Source: a virus
Taxonomy: Duplodnaviria; Caudoviricetes
Direction: 5' to 3' (one strand)
DNA: 30,382 nucleotides
IMG/VR virus record: IMGVR_UViG_3300044681_000392
Span: 1-30,382 of that record
Shown here: positions 1-8,088 of the stretch, piece by piece
Position numbering within the stretch: position 1 is the stretch's first letter
Layout of the letters: every line of letters starts with the position of its first letter
Notes under the pieces: generated by a model
Told to the model about the DNA's origin: nothing
What the model saw: only the letters and a program-made list of their open reading frames with translations
Database searches by the model: none
Translations under genes and position numbers: made by a program

Positions 1-78
1 ACGGTTAACCTTAGTAAAGGGTACGGAAAGGCTGATATTGTCGCCATGAGAGGACCACAAAGATTTCTCAATATTCAT
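1..78 (-). CDS. Probable prohead (capsid maturation) protease, 5' fragment running off the window edge
   Basis: Not in the ORF track. ATG at 78 reads MNIEKSLWSSHGDNISLSVPFTKVNR, open to the edge. It lies directly downstream of the portal and has its own promoter. The product is inferred from synteny. Confidence 0.6.
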   Translation of the reverse strand, partial: MNIEKSLWSSHGDNISLSVPFTKVNR

Positions 79-85
79 ATGCTCA

Positions 86-114
86 ATTATAATTTTTTAT
101 ATATAAAAAGGCAA
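86..114 (-). promoter_or_regulatory. Sigma70/SigA-type promoter, leaderless transcript
   Basis: TTGCCT (114-109), 17 nt, TATAAT (91-86), then 7 nt to the ATG at 78. No Shine-Dalgarno (SD) sequence. Confidence 0.7.
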
Positions 115-128
115 ATAACTAGTTGCCT
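104..128 (-). terminator. Weak intrinsic terminator after the portal gene
   Basis: Minus strand AGGCAA-ctagttat-TTGCCT followed by a T-run, a few nt after the portal stop. Confidence 0.45.
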
Positions 129-133
129 AATAA

Positions 134-1714
134 TTATTCGACCTGTCGACCTGCGCCCTGCTCATTTCGGCCTTCTCCAGAAATATCTGGTGAATTATTT
201 TCTCTTTCCTGATCCCGCCTTCTGGTATTTCCAGCCTGAGCCCTTACTTCTGCCTGTTGCTGTGGTTTTAAAACTACAACCTCATCACCGCTGTCAAGAG
301 CAACCATACCCTTGCGAGTTCTAATTTCATTTGGAGTAATTACCTGCATTCTCAAATATCTCTCATCAATCTTAGACTGAGTATCTTCGTCAGTAAGAGC
401 CAATTCATTAAATTTAAGCTGTAGGGCATCTGTCATTTCTGCAATAAGTTTATTTAATTTCTTTTCAAGAATATCCTGTGCTGGACGACATACCTGCTCT
501 TTAAATGTTTTATCAGCATCTCTGGCTGCTGCCAAATTAATTCCTTCTGGAGTTCCAATTTTATTTATTGGAGTTCTGTGAGCCATCAATATTTCATCAC
601 GATTCATCTTACGATATGTATTAAATGATGATTCTTGTGCTCCCGCCTCAATTGGCTCCATCTTAAATTCTGTCTTAGAATCTGAAGTGTCTGGTGGGAG
701 TGGAATATAAAGTGAGCGATGATTCTTTCCCTTTAATCCTACCTGGAAAAACTCAAGCAATTTACGCTCAGACTCTGTAGATAATTTAGCACCCTTGACT
801 GTAATAATATATCTTGGGACAGCTTTATTTTCAAAATAGTCTAAATTATATTTGCTTGCAAATTCGTTTCCAGCCACTGCATTTGAGGCTGAAACAATAT
901 CTGGGATTCCATAATAGTTGTTTTGCGGAGTATATTTCTTAATATGAATAATTTCATTGGGTCTATCTAAACCGCCTGCAATTGGATTAGGAGTTTCTTG
1001 ATCTCCAAAATTACGGAAGAATACGGCCTTGCCATAAAGCAATTGAATAAAGCCATCACGGAGACGACGGACACGCATCGTCTTTGACGGAATGTGTCCT
1101 ATATATCCTATCTTGCCAGAAGTTGTTCTGCTAATTTCAAGATAGCCGTTACCTGTTGCTTCGATATCTGTATAAAACTTAATTAATGTTTCTTTAAATG
1201 TTTCTTCTTCATTGCAATCTTCTAGCCAGTCGTGTAGATCTTGACGAATTCTGTCTAGCTTTCTACGTGCTCTAACAACCTGCTCATCAGATAATTCTTC
1301 CATTGCTTCAACGGTTCTGCGAGTTTCAATAAAATCAAATCCAAGTCCTACGATATTTGAAACCTTAGCATTAATTGCTGCGTAGTTATATGGAGAAATT
1401 TCGTATATCTTAGAAAGGTACTCAAGGTTATATGGGGGTTCGACAAGATCGAACATTGCATAACCTGTAATTGCCGCCTGTAATAAATTCTGTTGTGTTT
1501 CTGCGCCATCAATTCCAGTAAATCTTTTCTGAATATCTCTGTTCATTTTACGACGAAATGCTGGTGAAAGTCCAGAAACCTTTACCAGGTCATTACCTTC
1601 TATTTTAAATGGGTCATTACTCTTCTCAACTGGCTGACTATGAAACCTCATCCAATCAGAAGTATTAGAAATGTGAATTTCTTGACTGTTATCGTCTTCA
1701 ATATAATCTGACAT
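134..1714 (-). CDS. Phage portal protein
   Basis: 526 aa with portal-like motifs: TGNGYLEISR, EIIHIKKYTPQNNYYGIPD, NLDYFENKAVP, RDEILMAHRTP, ITPNEIR. Confidence 0.92.
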   Translation of the reverse strand: MSDYIEDDNSQEIHISNTSDWMRFHSQPVEKSNDPFKIEGNDLVKVSGLSPAFRRKMNRDIQKRFTGIDGAETQQNLLQAAITGYAMFDLVEPPYNLEYLSKIYEISPYNYAAINAKVSNIVGLGFDFIETRRTVEAMEELSDEQVVRARRKLDRIRQDLHDWLEDCNEEETFKETLIKFYTDIEATGNGYLEISRTTSGKIGYIGHIPSKTMRVRRLRDGFIQLLYGKAVFFRNFGDQETPNPIAGGLDRPNEIIHIKKYTPQNNYYGIPDIVSASNAVAGNEFASKYNLDYFENKAVPRYIITVKGAKLSTESERKLLEFFQVGLKGKNHRSLYIPLPPDTSDSKTEFKMEPIEAGAQESSFNTYRKMNRDEILMAHRTPINKIGTPEGINLAAARDADKTFKEQVCRPAQDILEKKLNKLIAEMTDALQLKFNELALTDEDTQSKIDERYLRMQVITPNEIRTRKGMVALDSGDEVVVLKPQQQAEVRAQAGNTRRRDQERENNSPDISGEGRNEQGAGRQVE

Positions 1715-2049
1715 TATTTGCCTGCCTTTTTCATTTCGTCTTTGTAATTTCCAATATCAAGCGGATCTGGGACTAAACCCCACTCCAGCCTTTGCTTTTG
1801 ATATTCAAACTCTTCGTCATCTATCTTTCTACGCCCTGATAAAAATTTGGGTTGTCCCTCATAAATACCGTATGATCGAACCGCATTCGCTAAAGCATCT
1901 ATTCTTGCTTTGTTATTTTTCATGGCAGTAACAGAAAGATAATTTCCGTCATCATCGCCAATCCAGCGTCCGTCTGGCATTTCCCAGACGTATATACCTA
2001 GGCGGGTCTCTTCTCCAAGATCAGTGTATTTAATCTTTCCAGTATCCAT
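1714..2049 (-). CDS. Hypothetical phage protein co-transcribed with the portal
   Basis: 111 aa. TAATG overlap with the portal start and a leaderless promoter upstream. Confidence 0.8.
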   Translation of the reverse strand: MDTGKIKYTDLGEETRLGIYVWEMPDGRWIGDDDGNYLSVTAMKNNKARIDALANAVRSYGIYEGQPKFLSGRRKIDDEEFEYQKQRLEWGLVPDPLDIGNYKDEMKKAGK

Positions 2050-2056
2050 TGTTTTT

Positions 2057-2065
2057 ATTTTACCA
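2057..2065 (-). promoter_or_regulatory. Extended -10 promoter, leaderless
   Basis: TGG-TAAAAT, then 7 nt to the ATG at 2049. Confidence 0.65.
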
Positions 2066-2111
2066 CTCTTTATAGTTTAAGTCCAGCTTTTTGTCACGCT
2101 ATATGACAAAA

Positions 2112-3857
2112 TTATACAGATTGAAGCACAATCCAGTCATTATTATAATATACTGGGTCTAATTCTGTCAGGGTAATGGCAGATTCAGATATTGTTTCTA
2201 CAGGCTTTCCTGTATATAGTTCAAAATGTGTCTCTACTTTGCCCGCCGTTAATTCAGAATCATATATAGCAATATTCTTGTATAGATTGCTGGGGCCTCC
2301 TGTAGTCTCATAATTAAATTGAATAGTTCCAGATATTGAATTTGTAAATACAATAACGATATGATGAGGCTCTTCTTCTACTAAATAATTAGTTATATCT
2401 GTAGCCGATGAGACATCTACATCATTTATGTATACCTTGCTTATATTGGCCTTAGAAATTGTTCCAGAGCCATTCCAGCCGAATCTGGTAGTTGTACCTA
2501 CAGATCCATACAAAAGGGTGTTAGAAGCCAATGTAAGGGGCGTAAAGAGCATTTCTACAGACTTTACAGAACTGGCGGTGGTCAAATCAAATCCCGCTCC
2601 ATCTTTAGCCCTAATTCCATTCATATAATTACGAGATAGAATAGGATAATTTAAAGATCCTAAATAATAATCTGAATTAGATGTAATTTTGTCTCCATAA
2701 TTGTCTGCATAAATAGTTCGATCTGAATAAAATGTAACACAGAAAAATGATAATTTAGGCAAGAACTTGCTCGCATCTGTAGTAGACATTGTTATTTTTA
2801 TATAAACTTTATTACTTGAATCAAAAGAATCTTTTGTGTATTGTGGTAATGGCTGTCCATTACTGCATGCCGCCCAATTTATTCCATCAACGCTTGACTC
2901 TACAGATATTCCTAAATCATTACGCCATTCTACTTTAGAAGTATTTAATCCAATTTGAGATGGAATTAAAAAGGAATCTTCTAAAACGAATGTTTTAGCC
3001 TGAGAGGTTTCTGTTTTATAAAAAGTAATATGTTTTTTATTTATATCATAATAAGTATTGTCATCTACAAAATCTGTCCACGGTTTATTTACTGGATAAG
3101 AATAATCAAATGAGGCACGAATATTAGCATCTGTTCCGCTGAATAAAATTCCATTATCTGGGTATACAACATGAATTGAAGAAACTGTAATATTACCATC
3201 TATATAATGTCGTTTCAAAGATGTCTGAGTTAATGAATATCGATATACTGCTGGCGCATCAACAATAAAAGAATCACCAGAATTTAAAGTTGGTCCAGCC
3301 TGTAAGGTTAATGATGTATTGGTAAATTTAAAATTAGATAAAGATTTAGAAGCAACTGGTACTGAGTCAACATAAAGAGTAATTCCATTTACTGAATATA
3401 TTCCAGCAATATGTAAAGATTTTTTGCTATATGGCAGACAATATCTTACGGACTCTGTATTGGAGACACGAAATACAATATCTCCCTTATGCCAATATAA
3501 GCCTATGTCATTTGTGGTGTCTGCAAAAAGGGGGGTCTCATCAGAAGATTCTATTGATTGATTAAACCATACTTCTAATGTAAAGTCATTATCTGATGTA
3601 TATTTTGTTCCGAGTCCCGCACCAACATTTGCGCCATAATAATCTTTTGTAATTGGAAATGTTGCGTATGCTGTATTTGTAATACGAGTACCAGAAATTC
3701 CGCCTGCAACAAGCGGTAGCATGTTTGATGCGGGTGATCCTATATATGTTCCATTATTACCGCATCCAGATATATCTGTTGCGGTAGCACCAGAAGATTC
3801 GTCTAGTGGCCAAAAGCCAATAGGGTAATCTTTAATTACCTTTAGTTGATATGACAT
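2112..3857 (-). CDS. LamG/concanavalin A-like domain virion (tail) protein
   Basis: 581 aa. N-terminal PIGFWPLDESSGATATDISGCGNNGTY, FTLEVWF and LYVD are typical of LamG-like folds. A second degenerate LamG-like domain lies at the C-terminus. Confidence 0.8.
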   Translation of the reverse strand: MSYQLKVIKDYPIGFWPLDESSGATATDISGCGNNGTYIGSPASNMLPLVAGGISGTRITNTAYATFPITKDYYGANVGAGLGTKYTSDNDFTLEVWFNQSIESSDETPLFADTTNDIGLYWHKGDIVFRVSNTESVRYCLPYSKKSLHIAGIYSVNGITLYVDSVPVASKSLSNFKFTNTSLTLQAGPTLNSGDSFIVDAPAVYRYSLTQTSLKRHYIDGNITVSSIHVVYPDNGILFSGTDANIRASFDYSYPVNKPWTDFVDDNTYYDINKKHITFYKTETSQAKTFVLEDSFLIPSQIGLNTSKVEWRNDLGISVESSVDGINWAACSNGQPLPQYTKDSFDSSNKVYIKITMSTTDASKFLPKLSFFCVTFYSDRTIYADNYGDKITSNSDYYLGSLNYPILSRNYMNGIRAKDGAGFDLTTASSVKSVEMLFTPLTLASNTLLYGSVGTTTRFGWNGSGTISKANISKVYINDVDVSSATDITNYLVEEEPHHIVIVFTNSISGTIQFNYETTGGPSNLYKNIAIYDSELTAGKVETHFELYTGKPVETISESAITLTELDPVYYNNDWIVLQSV

Positions 3858-3868
3858 TTATTCTTAAA

Positions 3869-4243
3869 CTATTCTTCTGGAGTAACTACAACTTGCCAGT
3901 TCAGGTCTTCTTCTACCCAACGATACATCTGTCCATCTGTTGGATATGGGGTTGGTGCATCCCAAAGACATGTCTCTTCATTTAGTATCCATGAATTAAA
4001 AGGCTTTGGTGGAATGAATGCATCACGAGTTGCGTCGTATGAATATCCAATTCCTGCGTAGTTCTTTCTTAGCGGGGTTCCGCCCAAAGAATGTACTCCA
4101 CCCTGTGTATTATATGAAGTCTTTACCCAAGTTCCGCCAAGGTTATCAATTAACCACTGATAGCCCTCGTCTGAATCTTCGTTGCTTCCAACTAATACAC
4201 GAGTAACGATGTTATTTTCATCTAATTCGGCCCAATGTGCCAT
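3869..4243 (-). CDS. Small Trp/Pro-rich partner protein following a Gly-rich tail protein
   Basis: 124 aa, MAHWAELDENNIVTRVLV...RKNYAGIGYSYDATRDAFIPPKPFNSW. Strong RBS AAGGAGG. Confidence 0.8.
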   Translation of the reverse strand: MAHWAELDENNIVTRVLVGSNEDSDEGYQWLIDNLGGTWVKTSYNTQGGVHSLGGTPLRKNYAGIGYSYDATRDAFIPPKPFNSWILNEETCLWDAPTPYPTDGQMYRWVEEDLNWQVVVTPEE

Positions 4244-4297
4244 TTTTACCTCCTTATGGTAAATTTTTATTATTTTATCATTTTGTAAATGATAAGT

Positions 4298-5722
4298 CTA
4301 GAATGTAATGCTTCCGTTATTGTTAAATTTATAAATTTTATATCCGCCCGTGTTTGTGAAAACTGGAGAACCAGTAGTAGATGTTGCGTCTGGCAATAAA
4401 TTTGAATAAGAAATTATAACTACTCCTGATCCTCCATTGCCAGCTGCTTGTGGATCATCTCCACGCATTCCACCTCCACCTGAACCTGTATTTATTAAAC
4501 CAGCTGTTGGGAAACCGCTATTTGAGCTAGCATTATTTCCTGTACCTCCCACACCGCTTCCGCCAGAGCCTCTAGCTCCATCTCCACCACCGCCGCCTCC
4601 GCCGCCATAAAATTGTGAAGATCCTGATATAGTAGAAGAGACTCCATCTCCACCATTTGGAATTGTTCCTGCGCCGCCAGCGCCTCCGCCGCCGCCAGAT
4701 GGATTTATTGTGGTTCCTCCGCCAAGATTATTTTGAGGAGATCCAGAAGTTCCTCCTCTACCAGAACTTTGAGTAGCATTACCTGCGCCGCCTCCGCCGC
4801 CTACAAATGTAAAGGCTGAGCTACTAGTTCCTGCTGATACTGTTCCTATGCCAGTTGAACCAGTTCCACCAGCGCCTACAACAATATTAAATTGAGTTGA
4901 AGTAGCAACCGAAGCTGTTCCTGCCTGATATCCTCCAGCACCGCCGCCGCCTCCGTAGCATACTCCAGGCGTTCCTTTAGCTCCTGACGCTCCGCCACCA
5001 ATTATAAAATATGATATAGATATGTTTGCATTTGGTGTAATTGAATTTGTTGCAGAAGTTACAGAGCTTCCATTTTCATTTGTTGCGGTTACAGTAAATG
5101 TATATTCTGTTCCATTTGTAAGGCCTGTTACAGTTATTGGCGACGATGCGCCAGATGCTGTAAATCCACCTGGACTTGAAGTAACTGTGTATGTTGTTGG
5201 TAGTCCACCAGTACCTCCAGGTGTAAATAGAACTGTTGCCTGCGTATTGCCTGCTGTAGCAGAAATATTTGTAGGAGTTTCAGGTTTTGTACTTGGAGTA
5301 AATGGAGAAGATGTAAATGAATTTGACGTATTAAAATTATTTGTAGACGTTATTGCAAATGTGTACGATGTTCCATTTGTTAATCCAGATACAATAATTG
5401 GTGAAGAATTTCCAGTTTGAGTAATTCCTCCTGGACTAGACGTTACGGTATAAGAATTTGGCAAACCTCCTCCAGAACCTGGGGTAAATGCGACTGATGC
5501 AGAAGATGTTGCTGAGTAGGTAGAAGGAGAATTTGATTGAGACACAGAATTAATTGTCGGAACTGCTGGAGGTGCGCTATTTGCCACCCATCCTTGAGAT
5601 GTATAAATCTCTAAGCAACCTAACGTACCATTATAAAATACATCACCAATTGATGGAGATGATGGCCTATCTGCTGTTTCGCCTTTAGGTGTACCTGATA
5701 TAGATGATTTTCTAATTGCCAT
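4298..5722 (-). CDS. FN3-repeat, glycine-rich tail/adhesin protein
   Basis: Two FN3-like domains (YTVTSSPGG...SSPITVTGLTNGTEYTFTVTATN) and a Gly-rich C-terminal domain. Paralog of 6228-7850. Confidence 0.85.
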   Translation of the reverse strand: MAIRKSSISGTPKGETADRPSSPSIGDVFYNGTLGCLEIYTSQGWVANSAPPAVPTINSVSQSNSPSTYSATSSASVAFTPGSGGGLPNSYTVTSSPGGITQTGNSSPIIVSGLTNGTSYTFAITSTNNFNTSNSFTSSPFTPSTKPETPTNISATAGNTQATVLFTPGGTGGLPTTYTVTSSPGGFTASGASSPITVTGLTNGTEYTFTVTATNENGSSVTSATNSITPNANISISYFIIGGGASGAKGTPGVCYGGGGGAGGYQAGTASVATSTQFNIVVGAGGTGSTGIGTVSAGTSSSAFTFVGGGGGAGNATQSSGRGGTSGSPQNNLGGGTTINPSGGGGGAGGAGTIPNGGDGVSSTISGSSQFYGGGGGGGGDGARGSGGSGVGGTGNNASSNSGFPTAGLINTGSGGGGMRGDDPQAAGNGGSGVVIISYSNLLPDATSTTGSPVFTNTGGYKIYKFNNNGSITF

Positions 5723-6228
5723 TAATCAAATCTCCATCCTACCGTAGCCCCTGTATATACAAATGTGGAGCTTGCTTGGTTTACGTCTATTATAGCATCT
5801 TCTGTTTGTCCATTAATCTTATTACCGTTTCTTGATATTGTTATATTATTTGTTGCCGCCGTCCCTGATGCATCATATATTGCAATTGTGTCTCCTAGAG
5901 TAGGACTAGCAGGAAGAGTCAATGTTCTTGCTACTGTTGTATCTACAAAGTAATTATAATTTGCCACCATTGTAATATTAGATGATACAGCTTGGGCGGT
6001 AGGACCAGTAGGAATTGATACTGAGCCTCCTAATGAAACCGCCGATCCATTAATAGTAATACTTGAATTTGTTAAAGAAGCATTTTCAATGTTAGACAAA
6101 GTATTATTTAAACCACTAATTGTTTTATTGGTTAAAGTTTGATTTCCATCTATTGTAAGAGCATTAGGAATGGCGGTAGCTACTTCTTGCCATGTAGTTC
6201 CATCCCATACTCGAATTAATTTAGCCAT
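5722..6228 (-). CDS. Tail fibre adapter-like protein
   Basis: 168 aa. The C-terminal domain YFVDTT..TLTLPASPTLGDTIAIYDASG..NITISRNGNKING is shared with the C-terminus of 10718-14011 and resembles T4 proximal tail fibre N-terminal modules. Confidence 0.7.
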   Translation of the reverse strand: MAKLIRVWDGTTWQEVATAIPNALTIDGNQTLTNKTISGLNNTLSNIENASLTNSSITINGSAVSLGGSVSIPTGPTAQAVSSNITMVANYNYFVDTTVARTLTLPASPTLGDTIAIYDASGTAATNNITISRNGNKINGQTEDAIIDVNQASSTFVYTGATVGWRFD

Positions 6229-7850
6229 TAGAATGTAATGCTCCCGCTTCCTGTGAACTTGTAATACTTATATCCCCCAGTATTATATAATGTTGGAGAT
6301 CCAGTAGTTGATGTAGCATCTGGATATGTATTTGAATAACGAATAATTATAATTCCTGATCCACCAGAGCCACCGCCATTACCGCTAGAGCCTCCTCCGC
6401 CGCCTCCACCAGTGTTTGCAGTTCCAGGATTACCTGCGTTTGGTTTAGGAGCAGATCCTCCACCACCGTTTCCACCAGATCCTCCTGGTCCAGAACTTGC
6501 AGCTACACCTCCACCACCACCGCCTGCATAATAGTATGTTCCACTAACATTATGACCAGAAGATGTTGCAGCTCCCCATGCAGAATAAGTAGCTAAACCA
6601 ACTCCTCCTGTACCACCTTGTCCACCCAAAAGTCCGTTTGTTCCAGCACCACCAGCTCCTCCGCCGCCTCCTCCAGATTCAACACTTGAGCCATTTGCTG
6701 TAGATCCTCCAGCAAAATTTTGTGGATTTCCTGATCTAGAACCAGGACTATTATATCCACTATTTGCTTGCCCTCCATATGCTGTGCTTGAAAAAGCTGT
6801 TGTATTTCCTCCAGCACCTCCGCCACCACCAGCTGAAGAACCAGCTGAACCACCAGCTCCAACTGTAAAGCTATATTGAGTTCCAGAAGTAACTGATTGG
6901 TTGTCCAAATATACTATACCACCACCGCCACCACCTGGGCCACCATAGTGGCCACCGCCACCTGAGCCAGCGCCAACTAATAGAACTTCTACTGAAGGTA
7001 CTGATAATGTTTGTGGCGTAATACTACTACTAGCAGAACTTGATAATGATGTTCCGTTAGCATTTGTTGCTGTAACTGTAAACGTATATGCTTGTCCTGT
7101 TGTTAAATTACTAACAACAATTGGCGAAGAAGAGCCAGATGCAGTAATATTTCCTGGAGATGATGTAACTGTATATCCAGTAATTGATGATCCACCAGTT
7201 GCATTTGCTGTAAATGGAACAGATATAGATGTTGTAGAATCAATGGTAGGAGTACCAATTGTAGGTGCTTGTGGCACAGTAGTTGCAGTAACGCCTGATG
7301 AGGCAGAAGAAGCAGAAGCAGTTCCATAATTATTTGAAGCAACTACGGTATATGTATATTGTGTTGATGATTGCAAACCTGTAATAGTAATTGGAGAAAA
7401 TGAACCAGTTGCTGTATATGAACCTGGAGAAGATGTAATTGTATATGTTCTACCAAGGATAGTTCCTGGAGTAAATGAGATTGAGGCGGAACCATTATTA
7501 TATGCCCGCCCAGTTCCAACATTTGTTGCAACAACATTTGTAACAGTTGATGCTGCTGCTCCAACTTGCTCCCATCCATAAAGTCCGCTATATACTTCTA
7601 GAAAACCTGTTTGTGTATTTGAGTAAACATCTCCCTCTGTTGGGGATGCAGGGCGGGATGAAGAGTTGCCACTTTGAATTCCTTTATTATCCTGAACATA
7701 TGCTTGTGTAGCAAGAGAAGACGTATCAGTAATTCCATGAACAGAAGTTGTAGCAGAATTATGTGCAGAAATTGCAGCGGCAACTTCAGTATCAGTTGCT
7801 GCATCTGTATTTCCGCTAAATAAATTTGCTATGTTTCTGATTCTAGACAT
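6228..7850 (-). CDS. FN3-repeat, glycine-rich tail/adhesin protein
   Basis: Two FN3-like domains and a Gly-rich domain ending PDATSTTGSP...NTGGYKYYKFTGSGSITF. Confidence 0.85.
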   Translation of the reverse strand: MSRIRNIANLFSGNTDAATDTEVAAAISAHNSATTSVHGITDTSSLATQAYVQDNKGIQSGNSSSRPASPTEGDVYSNTQTGFLEVYSGLYGWEQVGAAASTVTNVVATNVGTGRAYNNGSASISFTPGTILGRTYTITSSPGSYTATGSFSPITITGLQSSTQYTYTVVASNNYGTASASSASSGVTATTVPQAPTIGTPTIDSTTSISVPFTANATGGSSITGYTVTSSPGNITASGSSSPIVVSNLTTGQAYTFTVTATNANGTSLSSSASSSITPQTLSVPSVEVLLVGAGSGGGGHYGGPGGGGGGIVYLDNQSVTSGTQYSFTVGAGGSAGSSAGGGGGAGGNTTAFSSTAYGGQANSGYNSPGSRSGNPQNFAGGSTANGSSVESGGGGGGAGGAGTNGLLGGQGGTGGVGLATYSAWGAATSSGHNVSGTYYYAGGGGGGVAASSGPGGSGGNGGGGSAPKPNAGNPGTANTGGGGGGGSSGNGGGSGGSGIIIIRYSNTYPDATSTTGSPTLYNTGGYKYYKFTGSGSITF

Positions 7851-8088
7851 TATCTACTGGCTTCTCCAAGTTAAAATATGCGTAGGCTTCATCTTCTGAA
7901 TCAAACCATCTCCACCCGTCGACGGGATATTCATAAGTATCCTTTTCGTCCCTATATAGGGCATAGTCTTGGTTTAATACATATAATCTACCACAGACAA
8001 GAATGTTCTCATTTTCAACTCTATAGAACCCGTCGGTTTTTTCATAGTACCCCTCTTCAGGAATAATTTCATTATGTCTAAATGTCAT
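7843..8088 (-). CDS. Small acidic/aromatic partner protein
   Basis: The ORF track starts at 8106, but the likely start is MTFRHNE at 8088 (ATGA overlap with the upstream stop). Confidence 0.7.
   Translation of the reverse strand: MTFRHNEIIPEEGYYEKTDGFYRVENENILVCGRLYVLNQDYALYRDEKDTYEYPVDGWRWFDSEDEAYAYFNLEKPVDNV

Noticed and set aside
4298-6360. Similar 3' ends of the two FN3 genes as a DGR template/variable repeat pair
   Set aside because: The differences are not adenine-specific, both copies are coding and there is no reverse transcriptase in the window.
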